Positions 8,108 through 17,278 of a stretch of 64,000 bases of DNA are shown piece by piece. Position numbers and translations under genes: made by a program. The notes beneath the pieces are model-generated. The model saw nothing but the letters and a program-made list of their open reading frames with translations. It ran no database searches and was not told the origin of the DNA. Numbering within the stretch: position 1 is the stretch's first letter; each line of letters begins with the position of its first letter. This DNA comes from Saprospiraceae bacterium (lineage in GTDB: Bacteria; Bacteroidota; Bacteroidia; Chitinophagales; Saprospiraceae). The stretch spans positions 10,174-74,173 of the forward strand of contig JAIPBE010000005.1 in the NCBI GenBank assembly GCA_021738725.1, written 5' to 3'.

Positions 8108-9837
8108 CCGAACTCCTCGACCAACAGATCCACCAATGGCGTCAGCGATTACAATTGCTGATGACCAGCCTCGCTCATTTTATCGGACAAGGTGAAAATG
8201 AAGACCTCCAAAGGACGGTCCAGGACCTCATGCACCGATCTGCCGATCCATTCCTTTTTGTGATTGTAGGGGAAGTCAAAGCCGGGAAATCCAGTTTTAT
8301 CAATGCCCTCCTGGATACTGGAACCGAGATCTGCAAGGTCGCCCCTCAACCGATGACCGATTGCATTCAGCAGATCATTTATGGGGAGACGGAGGAACAA
8401 ACCCAGATCAATCCTTACCTCCGTATCGTCAAACAGCCGGTCGACATCCTGAAGGATTTTGCCATTGTGGATACGCCTGGCACGAATACTATCGTCCAAC
8501 ATCATCAGGAGATCACGGAGCGATTTATTCCCGCTTCTGATCTGATCGTCTTCGTTTTTGAGGCAAAAAATCCCTACCGGCAATCCAGCTGGGAATTCCT
8601 TTCGTTTATTCGGGACGATTGGCGGAAGAAGATTCTCTTTGTCCTCCAACAAAAAGATCTGTTGACAGATGAGGAATTACGCATCAACACTGCAGGTGTG
8701 CATCAACATGCCGTCGACCAGGGGATCGTAGACCCGGTGGTTTTCTCGGTCAGTGCACGAGATGAGATCAATGGACATAAAGACATCAGTGGTTTCGGAC
8801 CCTTGCGCGAACACATCCAGTCGACCGTTACCGGAGGAAAGGCACCATTGCTCAAAATGGAAAGCATCCTGCTGACTGCCGAGACCCTGCTTGACAAGAT
8901 GGATATGGGCATCGTCGACCGCAAGAATCAATGGGAAAGTGACAAAGCCTTTCGCATTCGGATCGGTGAGGCCCTGGATCAGCAAGGACTGCTTTCGCAA
9001 AATCAGGTACACACCCTGATCGATGCCATCACCCGCGACTTTCACCGGATCACCACCACATTCGGTGTTGAACTGTCAGAAGGCCTTTCCTTCCTGACTG
9101 TGATTAATAAAACGATTGCCGGAATTTTCTCTAAACAAGCCACATTGAAAGAATGGCTGCAGGATCTCATCCGACGGTTGGAACATGCCCTTCAGACCGA
9201 TCTGCGGATGAAGCTGGATCAACAGATCGTTGATGTGGCGGACAGGATCCAGCAAATGGCACGCGTCATTGAATATGAGATTCGAAACAGCCCGAACGAA
9301 CTATCTCTGGATCACGAGATCTTCAGTGACATCGCTGAACGGCGTGCCCAGGTATTACGGGAATTATTGGCCTCCTTCACATCCTTTCTTCAGCGTGGCG
9401 AGAATTTCATGCCGGATGATGTATTTGATGCTTCCAAAAACATGGCCCCGCAAGTGGCTGCAGGTAGCGGAATTGCAGTGATTGGTGTCGTCCTTGCTGC
9501 GGTGACCAAAGGAATGGTCTTTGATATTACCGGGGGTATTCTGACAGGACTGGGTGTCCTGTTTGCAGGGATCACCTTCGGCTTCCAACGTCGATCCATT
9601 TTGCGGAAGTACAAAAATGAAATGGCTCAAGGCGAATCCCAGCTGCATCAAGAGCTTGAGTCAAAACTGCTCAGTTATATCCAAACGATCCGCCAACGGA
9701 TCGAATCCAATTTTGATCGATTTGATCTGCATCTGCAAAGAGAGGAAAAAGATATCCTGCGGTTGGAAAATGACCTGAAACAAATCCGGAACAACCGACA
9801 GAATCTTCTCCTGGAATTACAGAATAGTCTGGTCTAA
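8104..9837 (+). CDS. Bacterial dynamin-like GTPase (dynamin family) with a C-terminal membrane-inserting hairpin
   Basis: The G1 P-loop GEVKAGKS is at 8269-8292, with G3 DTPG and G4-like QQKD. A hydrophobic hairpin (GSGIAVIGVVLAAVTKGMVFDITGGILTGLGVLFAGITFGF, nt ~9445-9585) is followed by a coiled coil. I prefer ATG 8104 (MTELLDQQ), which overlaps the WbqC stop as ATGA, over the track start at 8047. Confidence 0.8.
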   Translation: MTELLDQQIHQWRQRLQLLMTSLAHFIGQGENEDLQRTVQDLMHRSADPFLFVIVGEVKAGKSSFINALLDTGTEICKVAPQPMTDCIQQIIYGETEEQTQINPYLRIVKQPVDILKDFAIVDTPGTNTIVQHHQEITERFIPASDLIVFVFEAKNPYRQSSWEFLSFIRDDWRKKILFVLQQKDLLTDEELRINTAGVHQHAVDQGIVDPVVFSVSARDEINGHKDISGFGPLREHIQSTVTGGKAPLLKMESILLTAETLLDKMDMGIVDRKNQWESDKAFRIRIGEALDQQGLLSQNQVHTLIDAITRDFHRITTTFGVELSEGLSFLTVINKTIAGIFSKQATLKEWLQDLIRRLEHALQTDLRMKLDQQIVDVADRIQQMARVIEYEIRNSPNELSLDHEIFSDIAERRAQVLRELLASFTSFLQRGENFMPDDVFDASKNMAPQVAAGSGIAVIGVVLAAVTKGMVFDITGGILTGLGVLFAGITFGFQRRSILRKYKNEMAQGESQLHQELESKLLSYIQTIRQRIESNFDRFDLHLQREEKDILRLENDLKQIRNNRQNLLLELQNSLV

Positions 9838-9859
9838 ACCACTTCAAAAACGTTACAGA

Positions 9860-12010
9860 ATGCATCGCTTTTTCCTCTTTTTACTATTCAGTTTATCTAT
9901 TATGGTTGCATGTGAACAAGAGCAGGCCCCTGCCTCTTTCCCACCTATCCCGGTCGTATATCCAGGCACACCAACAGAGATGGTAGTGGATACGTATTTT
10001 TCGGTGGCTGTAAAAGATCCGTACCGTTGGTTGGAGGTGGATACCGCGGCGGCTGTCGAAGCCTGGGTGCGCTCCCAGAATGAAGTGACCTTTAACTATC
10101 TGGACCAGATCCCTTTCAGGACGGCCATCCGAGCCCGGTATGAGAAGCTTTTCAACTTTCCTAAGGTCTCAGCACCTCAAAAAGCAGGAGACTACTATTT
10201 CTTTTCAAAGAACGATGGACTTCAGAACCAGGCGATCATTTTCATCCAGAAGGGATTGGAAGGGAAACCTGAAATCTTCCTCGATCCCAATACGCTGTCG
10301 GATGATGGCACCACCGCTGTCGAAATGATCGGGTTCAGCCCGGACAACCGGTATGTGGCCATTTCCCGGTCGGATGCCGGATCCGATTGGAACCAGATCA
10401 GTGTGATCGAGATCGCGACCAAGCGAATGTTGCAAGACCGGTTAGATTGGGTCAAATTCAGTACTGCCGCCTGGACAACAGAAGGCTTCTATTACAGCCG
10501 CATGCCCGAACCCAAACCAGGGATGGAATTGTCACAAGCCAATCAATTCCACAGCGTGTATTATCATCAACTGGGCGACCCGCAGTCTGCTGACAAGCTG
10601 GTGTACAGGAATGAGAAGGCCCCACAAATGTATCATTGGACATCTATTACGGAGGACCTTCAGTACCTGATCATGTATGCAGCTACCGGCTCTGCCGGGT
10701 TTGAAACCTACTACATGGACTTGAAGAACAAGAATGGCAAATTCAAAGCGTTGTTTACTGGCTTTGATTATAAAAACACGATTATCGATCATGTGGATGG
10801 CCGGTTCTTGATCCACAGCAATCAAGATGCCCCGAACTACCGGTTGATCTCCGTTCAGCCAGACAAGAATACACCCGAGGACTGGATAGATGTCATTCCC
10901 CAAAAAGACGATCTGCTGGTCAGCGTCACCACCGGCGGTGGAAAACTGTTCGCGAATTACCTGAAAAATGCCACTACGCGTGTATTCAGATATGAGCCTG
11001 ATGGAAGTCAGGAACAGGAGATCCAAATGCCCGGCCTGGGATCGGCGGAAGGGTTTGCAGGCAAACGCGAGGATGACGTCCTGTTCTATACCTACACATC
11101 CTTTGTGGATCCGGGTTCGATCTTTCGATACAATGTGGAAGACGGAACCAGTGATATATTTTTTCGGACGGAGCTCGCTTTCAATCCAGAAGACTACGAG
11201 GAAGAGCAAGTCTTTTACAAGAGCAAGGATGGCACTTCTGTCTCCATGTTCCTCGTCCATAAAAAAGGCCTCGTCCTGGATGGCAACAACCCTTGTTACC
11301 TCTATGCATATGGCGGATTCAATGTTTCTATGTCACCTTACTTCAGTACATCTCGGATCCTGCTGCTCGAAAACGGAGGAATCTTCGCTATGCCTAATCT
11401 GAGAGGTGGCGGAGAATATGGAGAGGAATGGCATAAAGGTGGCATGCGGGAAAAGAAGCAAAATGTGTTCGATGACATGATTGCTGCAGCAGAATATCTC
11501 ATCGCAGAAGGCTATACCTCATCCAAAAAAATGGCCATTGCCGGAGGATCCAATGGCGGGCTACTGGTCGGCGCCTGTATCAATCAACGTCCCGATCTCT
11601 TTCAAGTCGCCTTTCCGGCTGTAGGTGTAATGGATATGTTACGATATCACAAATTCACTGTGGGATGGGGTTGGATACCAGAATATGGCAGTAGTGAAGA
11701 GGAGGAAATGTTTCCCATCCTCTATGCTTATTCACCTTATCACAATCTTGTAAAAGGGACGCATTATCCCGCTACACTCATCACTACCGCCGATCATGAT
11801 GACAGAGTTGTGCCAGCACATTCGTTCAAGTATGCAGCCATGCTACAGGCTTGCCAGCAGGGAGAAAGACCTGTCCTGATCCGTATTGAAACGAGTGCTG
11901 GTCATGGTGCTGGAAAACCCACATCCAAGATCATTGACGAACAGGCAGACCTCTGGTCATTCTTCTTCTACAACACCGCATCACCAGTGAAGTATCCGAT
12001 CGAAGACTAG
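9860..12010 (+). CDS. Prolyl oligopeptidase (S9A serine peptidase), lipoprotein-type signal
   Basis: The catalytic-Ser motif GGSNGGLL is present, with DHDDRV and SAGHGAGKP (Asp/His of the triad). The N-terminal beta-propeller region is of typical length. The signal is MHRFFLFLLFSLSIMVAC. Confidence 0.9.
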   Translation: MHRFFLFLLFSLSIMVACEQEQAPASFPPIPVVYPGTPTEMVVDTYFSVAVKDPYRWLEVDTAAAVEAWVRSQNEVTFNYLDQIPFRTAIRARYEKLFNFPKVSAPQKAGDYYFFSKNDGLQNQAIIFIQKGLEGKPEIFLDPNTLSDDGTTAVEMIGFSPDNRYVAISRSDAGSDWNQISVIEIATKRMLQDRLDWVKFSTAAWTTEGFYYSRMPEPKPGMELSQANQFHSVYYHQLGDPQSADKLVYRNEKAPQMYHWTSITEDLQYLIMYAATGSAGFETYYMDLKNKNGKFKALFTGFDYKNTIIDHVDGRFLIHSNQDAPNYRLISVQPDKNTPEDWIDVIPQKDDLLVSVTTGGGKLFANYLKNATTRVFRYEPDGSQEQEIQMPGLGSAEGFAGKREDDVLFYTYTSFVDPGSIFRYNVEDGTSDIFFRTELAFNPEDYEEEQVFYKSKDGTSVSMFLVHKKGLVLDGNNPCYLYAYGGFNVSMSPYFSTSRILLLENGGIFAMPNLRGGGEYGEEWHKGGMREKKQNVFDDMIAAAEYLIAEGYTSSKKMAIAGGSNGGLLVGACINQRPDLFQVAFPAVGVMDMLRYHKFTVGWGWIPEYGSSEEEEMFPILYAYSPYHNLVKGTHYPATLITTADHDDRVVPAHSFKYAAMLQACQQGERPVLIRIETSAGHGAGKPTSKIIDEQADLWSFFFYNTASPVKYPIED

Positions 12011-12030
12011 GAATTGTTACTTTGGAATAA

Positions 12031-12067
12031 GGCCCATGATCATCGATGTGATCATGGGCCTTTCGCT
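12031..12067. terminator. Bidirectional intrinsic terminator between convergent genes
   Basis: GGCCCATGATCA-tcgatg-TGATCATGGGCC is a perfect 12-bp stem. It is followed by TTTCGCTT on the plus strand and preceded by an A/T-rich stretch. Confidence 0.8.
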
Positions 12068-12076
12068 TGATTTCAC

Positions 12077-13147
12077 TTAAATCGCATAGACCAGTGCATT
12101 GATATGCATGCCTGCTCCAACAGAAGCAAAAAGAATAATATCACCCTCTGCCAGTGCATGATCCTCAAACTCACCGTGCAAGACCTGATGATATAAGGTA
12201 GGCACTGTGGCCACTGAGCTGTTTCCCAATTCGTGGATATTCATTGGGACAATTCCCGCTGGCACCTCCCGATATCCATAAAGGCGATAAAATCGTTTGA
12301 TGATCGCTTCGTCCATTTTTTCATTTGCCTGGTGGATAAAGATCTTCTTCAGGTCTTTGATGTCCTTTCCACTTTGGTCAAATGCTGCCTTCATGGCCAT
12401 TGGTACATGTTGCAGTGCAAACTCGTAGATCTTGCGGCCTTCCATTTTGATATATCGGATGCGTTCATCACTTTCCGGGAAGTTGGACGGTCCGAGATGC
12501 AGATAATAGGCTTCGTCCAGAGTATGGGTAACTGCTTTTTGGGCGAGGACACCCCGTTGAGCCGGCAGTTCTCTTCCTTCCAATATGGTGGCCCCTGCAC
12601 CATCCGAATAGATCATCGAATCCCGATCGTATGGATCCAGAACTCTGGAAAGCGTTTCCGCACCGATGATCAGGCCACGGACAGCTTCTCCACATCGGAT
12701 CATCAGATCAGCTTGAATAAACGCCTGGATCCAACCCGGACAACCGATCACCAGATCAAAAACCGTGCAGTTTGGATTGCGAATACCCAAACCCTGCTTC
12801 ACCCTGGCTGATAATGCTGGCAGGAAGTCGGTTTGGATGGTGCCTTTCTTCACGTCGCCAAAATTGGTGGCGACAATGATAAAGTCAAGAGATTCCGGAT
12901 CTACCTGACCGTTGTAAATGGCCTGTTGTGCCGCATCCAGGGCCAGATCGCTGGCCATCACGTCATCAGGAGCATACCTGCGTTCTCGTATACCCGTGAT
13001 GGCTTCAAATTTTTCTGTCACGACCTGTGATGGTTCGGCAAGAGCCGTTTGATTGCCATCGTAGAATTGATGTTGTGCAAAAGCACTGTTCTTTTTTGAT
13101 ATCCCTGGGATGGCAGCCCCAGTGGAATGAATCATGGTCCTCTTCAT
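12077..13147 (-). CDS. 3-oxoacyl-ACP synthase III (KAS III/FabH-like) family protein
   Basis: The active-site Cys context is VIGCPGW. HQANEKM and GNSSVATVP are the His/Asn triad motifs. The C-terminus ends in FASVGAGM. Confidence 0.8.
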   Translation of the reverse strand: MKRTMIHSTGAAIPGISKKNSAFAQHQFYDGNQTALAEPSQVVTEKFEAITGIRERRYAPDDVMASDLALDAAQQAIYNGQVDPESLDFIIVATNFGDVKKGTIQTDFLPALSARVKQGLGIRNPNCTVFDLVIGCPGWIQAFIQADLMIRCGEAVRGLIIGAETLSRVLDPYDRDSMIYSDGAGATILEGRELPAQRGVLAQKAVTHTLDEAYYLHLGPSNFPESDERIRYIKMEGRKIYEFALQHVPMAMKAAFDQSGKDIKDLKKIFIHQANEKMDEAIIKRFYRLYGYREVPAGIVPMNIHELGNSSVATVPTLYHQVLHGEFEDHALAEGDIILFASVGAGMHINALVYAI

Positions 13148-13329
13148 AACAAACTATTGTCGGAACATGAATCTACTGGAAATTGAATGACTATCCATAA
13201 GATATCCGTCTCTCCACTGCCTAACTTTCATCATTCCCGGGTATCACGACCCCAAACCGTGCTCTCAACATCCTGGGGATCAATGAAAAAGATCGCAATG
13301 AAAGGCTCAATTATATAAAATGTATGGTG

Positions 13330-13361
13330 TTCTTTACATAATGTAATTTATTCTTTACATA
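13330..13361. promoter_or_regulatory. Candidate operator: an 11-bp direct repeat TTCTTTACATA occurs twice, 21 bp apart. The first copy overlaps the inverted repeat TACAT-A-ATGTA.
   Basis: Copies lie at 13330-13340 and 13351-13361, 16-47 nt upstream of the membrane-protein/XRE-HTH gene pair. The 21-bp spacing equals two helical turns. Confidence 0.3.
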
Positions 13362-13376
13362 TTCGTTCTACAACAA

Positions 13377-13862
13377 ATGAATCTTATGCAAACCACTCCC
13401 CTATTTCCCCACACGTACCGGAAGATCGGATGGCTCCTCTTCTTGCCAGGATTAGCACTTGGGATTCCCTCTGTTTTCATGGAATGGACACCAGCTGCCT
13501 TCAATTGGCGAATACCGGCACTGGTTGCAGACCAGATCTTCAATTCAGACAGAACCTGGTTTGTCATGATCAAAAACAATCTGATAGATGAACTGGCTTC
13601 GCTCTTCATGATCATAGGTGCACTGCTGATCTGTTTTTCACGAGAGGTGCACGAAGATGAATACATCACCCAGATCAGATTGAACGCATTGGTTTGGTCT
13701 GTTTACATCAACTATGCCCTTTTGGCTGTAGCCATCCTCTTCATCTATGAAATGAACTTCTTCTATGTGATGATTTTCAATTTTTTCACGCTTCTTGTCA
13801 TCTTTTACATCCGATTTCGATGGTTGTTGGTGAAAAGTAAAAAACCTGCTGTCGATGCATAA
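13377..13862 (+). CDS. Small multi-pass membrane protein (about 4 TM helices) partnered with an XRE-type regulator. This fits the DUF2975-like context.
   Basis: Hydrophobic segments include [53 protein letters not shown] and [17 protein letters not shown]. It overlaps the downstream HTH gene by 8 nt. Confidence 0.55.
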   Translation: MNLMQTTPLFPHTYRKIGWLLFLPGLALGIPSVFMEWTPAAFNWRIPALVADQIFNSDRTWFVMIKNNLIDELASLFMIIGALLICFSREVHEDEYITQIRLNALVWSVYINYALLAVAILFIYEMNFFYVMIFNFFTLLVIFYIRFRWLLVKSKKPAVDA

Positions 13863-14067
13863 TCAAGTCAGAGTCGAACGAGCGATGAGCAATATGACCC
13901 AGGAAGAACTGGCCATCAAGGTACAGGTGACCCGACAGACCATCCACGCACTTGAGACAGGAAAATATGTGCCCTCCACTGTACTTGCGTTGAAGATTGC
14001 CAATGTTTTTGATAAGCCATTGGATGCATTGTTTTCCCTGGAGCCTGACGATTGGAAGAATCACTGA
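13855..14067 (+). CDS. XRE-family helix-turn-helix transcriptional regulator (YozG-like, 70 aa)
   Basis: [48 protein letters not shown] is a canonical short HTH_XRE sequence. Confidence 0.85.
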   Translation: MHNQVRVERAMSNMTQEELAIKVQVTRQTIHALETGKYVPSTVLALKIANVFDKPLDALFSLEPDDWKNH

Positions 14068-14078
14068 AAATGGCTGCA

Positions 14079-14105
14079 GGCGTAACCTTTTTTATCTTTT
14101 ACGCC
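14079..14105 (+). terminator. Possible stem-loop after the HTH gene
   Basis: GGCGTAA-ccttttttatctt-TTACGCC is a 7-bp stem. The T-rich stretch is in the loop rather than trailing, so terminator function is uncertain. Confidence 0.3.
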
Positions 14106-14213
14106 ACTTCCATCAAGGACTCTTTCTTTACTTCAGTCACATTCCTTCCATCCGAGTCTCCATTCCAGGAATATCCTTCTAATTTCACATCTTCCAGTCG
14201 TCTTCAGACACTT

Positions 14214-14747
14214 ATGACCTCGAAACAACTTTTTGCATTCTTCACGTTATGCGGTTCCATCAGCATATTCTGGCTTCCTGGTTGCCAGTCTACGTATGGG
14301 CCAGATACAGATGCGATCATTCGGATCAATCAGCAAATGTGTACACAATTCCGTCAGGAACAGATCCAGGAATTGACCGACCTCTTCGCTGACAGTGTGA
14401 AATTGAGTCTGCCGGGTTCACCCATCCTGAAGAACAAGCAGGTGCTGCAAACCTACTGGACCCGATATCTCAACCCGATTGATCTGTCAATCCGACATGT
14501 CAAGTTCTTCGGCCAGGGTGACATAACAGACAGTTCAACTGACTTGCCAATGCCTTTGATGACAATTCTGTCCGGAATCAACTACAAGGATAAGGCTGAA
14601 TTACGATCTGTTATACAATGGACTGAATGGCAATTGGAATATGAAGCAGAGGATGGGGTCATTCGGTCTGAATCCCATCCCACCCTCCTGCAATGGACAG
14701 ATGATGATGAATCAGGATGGAGGATCACCTGGATGGGACAGATCTGA
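14214..14747 (+). CDS. Hypothetical lipoprotein, possibly with an NTF2-like (DUF4440/SnoaL-like) fold
   Basis: The signal/lipobox MTSKQLFAFFTLCGSISIFWLPGC starts at ATG 14214. The track ORF start at 14052 adds a non-signal-like extension. The fold guess rests only on size and the pattern ..DAIIRINQQM....D...L..LFADSV.., so it is weak. Confidence 0.5.
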   Translation: MTSKQLFAFFTLCGSISIFWLPGCQSTYGPDTDAIIRINQQMCTQFRQEQIQELTDLFADSVKLSLPGSPILKNKQVLQTYWTRYLNPIDLSIRHVKFFGQGDITDSSTDLPMPLMTILSGINYKDKAELRSVIQWTEWQLEYEAEDGVIRSESHPTLLQWTDDDESGWRITWMGQI

Positions 14748-14789
14748 TCATCCGGCACGCAAGGCCTATCTTTACCTAAATTCCATCAC

Positions 14790-16070
14790 GTGACACTTCC
14801 CCCATTGGCAGAACGTATGCGTCCTCGAACGCTGGACGAGTTCGCCGGCCAGCGACACCTGGTGGGACCTGAAGCCGTGCTCCGAAAAGCGATCCGATCC
14901 GACAATCTTCCATCGATGTTGTTCTGGGGACCTCCGGGGGTTGGTAAAACGACATTAGCCCGTCTGATCGCCCTTGAGACCGGCAGGCACTGCATCGCTT
15001 TGAGCGCCATCCAAAGTGGGGTCAAGGAGATTCGACAATGCCTGGAAGAAGCACAGCAACTGCAAGATGCGGGTGAATCCCCACCCATCCTTTTTATAGA
15101 TGAGATACACCGTTTCCACAAAGGGCAACAGGATGCCCTGCTGGGTGCCGTTGAAAAAGGCATTGTCATTCTCATTGGTGCAACTACTGAAAATCCATCC
15201 TTTGAAGTGAACAACGCCTTGCTTTCCAGATGCCAGGTCTACATTCTCGAACCTTTGGGGAAAGAGGATCTGCTGGGAATGATTCAACGTGTATTGAAGG
15301 AAGATGAACGGATCAGTCAATTGACCATCCAGATCAAGGAGGATGATGCGCTCCTTGGCATATCCGGTGGGGATGGCAGAAAACTTTACAATACCCTGGA
15401 GCTGGTGACCCAGGATGTACAGAAAGGTGATGTCCTGATCCTAACGGATGAACTGGTACTGGCAAAGGTGCAAAGCCGAATATCTCAGTTTGATAAAGGG
15501 GGTGAGTTACACTATGACATCATTTCCGCATTTATCAAATCGATACGGGGGAGCGATCCGAATGCTGCTGTGTATTACCTCGCTCGAATGATCCAGGGTG
15601 GACAGGACCCCCTTTTCATCGCCCGTCGTCTGATCATCCTGGCTGCTGAAGATATTGGACTGGCCAATCCGAATGCTTTATTGCTGGCCAATGCCGCATT
15701 CGATACCGCCCACAAGATCGGTTGGCCGGAAGCCCGGATCGTCCTTTCCGAGGTGACCATCTATCTGGCGTGCAGCCCTAAAAGCAATGCCGCCTATCAG
15801 GCAATCGAAAAGGCTATCCAAAGTGTTCGCAAGACCGGTGATCAACCCGTACCTTTACACTTACGCAATGCGGCCACCGGCTTGATGAAACAGATAGGGT
15901 ACGGAAAAGACTACCAGTATTCTCACGACTATCCGGGCCATTTTATCCCCCAGGATTATCTGCCGGAAAGCATTCGTTATGCGGTGTTCTATCAGCCCGC
16001 CAAGAACCCAGCTGAAGAGAAATATCGTCAATTTTTGACGGACAATTGGTCTGGCAAGTACAATTACTAA
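14790..16070 (+). CDS. rarA: Replication-associated recombination protein A (AAA+ ATPase MgsA/RarA)
   Basis: PLAERMRPRTLDEFAGQ.HL, Walker A GPPGVGKTT, Walker B LFIDEIHRF, and the C-terminal MgsA region YYLARM...GEDP.FIARRL. The start is a GTG at 14790. Confidence 0.9.
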   Translation: MTLPPLAERMRPRTLDEFAGQRHLVGPEAVLRKAIRSDNLPSMLFWGPPGVGKTTLARLIALETGRHCIALSAIQSGVKEIRQCLEEAQQLQDAGESPPILFIDEIHRFHKGQQDALLGAVEKGIVILIGATTENPSFEVNNALLSRCQVYILEPLGKEDLLGMIQRVLKEDERISQLTIQIKEDDALLGISGGDGRKLYNTLELVTQDVQKGDVLILTDELVLAKVQSRISQFDKGGELHYDIISAFIKSIRGSDPNAAVYYLARMIQGGQDPLFIARRLIILAAEDIGLANPNALLLANAAFDTAHKIGWPEARIVLSEVTIYLACSPKSNAAYQAIEKAIQSVRKTGDQPVPLHLRNAATGLMKQIGYGKDYQYSHDYPGHFIPQDYLPESIRYAVFYQPAKNPAEEKYRQFLTDNWSGKYNY

Positions 16071-16088
16071 TCAGGAAACAGTCGACAT

Positions 16089-17234
16089 ATGAGCACCCAT
16101 CTTTCTCATGATATGAACCTCATCCGGCAAAGCGCACGAGACTTTGCCGAAACCTATATTCGCCCACATGTCATGGAGTGGGATGAAGCACAACATTTTC
16201 CAATCGATCTGATGCACAACCTCGGTGAACACGGATTTCTAGGCGTGTTGGTCCCCGCAGAATATGATGGCTCCGGACTTGGATATCAGGAATATATCAC
16301 CATCATCGAAGAGATCACCAAGGTCTGTTCGTCCATCGGCCTTTCTGTCGCAGCCCATAATTCACTTTGCACCGGACATATCCTTCAATTTGGCAACGAA
16401 GCCCAAAAGAAAAAGTATTTACCCAAACTGGCCACAGGCAAATGGATCGGAGCATGGGGCCTCACGGAGCCCAATACAGGCAGTGATGCCGGGAGAATGC
16501 AATGTGTGGCTGAAAAAGACGGTGATCACTATATCCTGAATGGTACAAAATGCTGGATCACCCACGGCATCTCTGGCAATGTAGCGGTGGTCATCGCCCG
16601 TACTGGCGAATTGTTGGACAGCCAGGGGATGAGTGCCTTTATTATCGAACGGGATACACCTGGATTCAAAGCTGGAAAAAAGGAGAACAAATTGGGTATG
16701 CGTGCCTCTGAAACAGCCGAGCTCATTTTTGAAAACTGTCGCATCCACAAAGACCAGATGCTCGGCCAGGAAGGTGAGGGATTTGTCCAATCCATGAAGG
16801 TGCTGGATGGTGGGCGGATCTCCATCGCTGCATTATCACTAGGCATCGCAAAGGGATCCTATGAGGCCTCTTTGAAGTATGCGCAGGAACGGCATCAGTT
16901 TGGAAAACCCATCTCCAGCTTCCAGGGCATCAGTTTCAAACTGGCAGACATGGTGACCAAAACAGAAGCCGCCGAACTATTGGTCCGCAAAGCGGCTGAT
17001 TTGAAGAATCATCAGCAGCCTGTCACCAAGATCTCGGCAATGGCCAAGTATTATGCATCTGAAATTGCCGTTCAGGTCGCAACAGATGCCATTCAGATCT
17101 ATGGAGGGTATGGATACACCAAGGATTTCCCCGTAGAGAAATTTTTCCGAGACTCCAAACTGTGCACCATAGGTGAAGGCACCAGTGAGATCCAGAAACT
17201 CGTCATCAGCAGAGAGGTATTGAAGGGGAACTGA
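16089..17234 (+). CDS. Acyl-CoA dehydrogenase (short/medium-chain type)
   Basis: GLTEPNTGSDA, KCWITHG, QIYGGYGYTKDFPVEKFFRD and TIGEGTSEIQ are classic ACAD motifs. Confidence 0.9.
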   Translation: MSTHLSHDMNLIRQSARDFAETYIRPHVMEWDEAQHFPIDLMHNLGEHGFLGVLVPAEYDGSGLGYQEYITIIEEITKVCSSIGLSVAAHNSLCTGHILQFGNEAQKKKYLPKLATGKWIGAWGLTEPNTGSDAGRMQCVAEKDGDHYILNGTKCWITHGISGNVAVVIARTGELLDSQGMSAFIIERDTPGFKAGKKENKLGMRASETAELIFENCRIHKDQMLGQEGEGFVQSMKVLDGGRISIAALSLGIAKGSYEASLKYAQERHQFGKPISSFQGISFKLADMVTKTEAAELLVRKAADLKNHQQPVTKISAMAKYYASEIAVQVATDAIQIYGGYGYTKDFPVEKFFRDSKLCTIGEGTSEIQKLVISREVLKGN

Positions 17235-17278
17235 TCCGGTCACTTTCCGACCGAACCCTTATTTTGTCCGGAAAAACG

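Noticed and set aside
8104-9837. The dynamin-like GTPase as part of an antiphage dynamin system (LeoA/Eleos-type)
   Set aside because: There is only one dynamin-family gene. No LeoB/LeoC-like partners or other defence genes are nearby, and the flanking genes are housekeeping. The envelope-remodelling interpretation is kept as a finding instead.
10532-11260. A 242-aa ORF antisense to the prolyl oligopeptidase gene
   Set aside because: It lies entirely inside a gene with unambiguous catalytic motifs on the other strand. Its translation is Arg/His/Leu-rich and low in information. It has no promoter-like or signal features. It is a typical shadow ORF.
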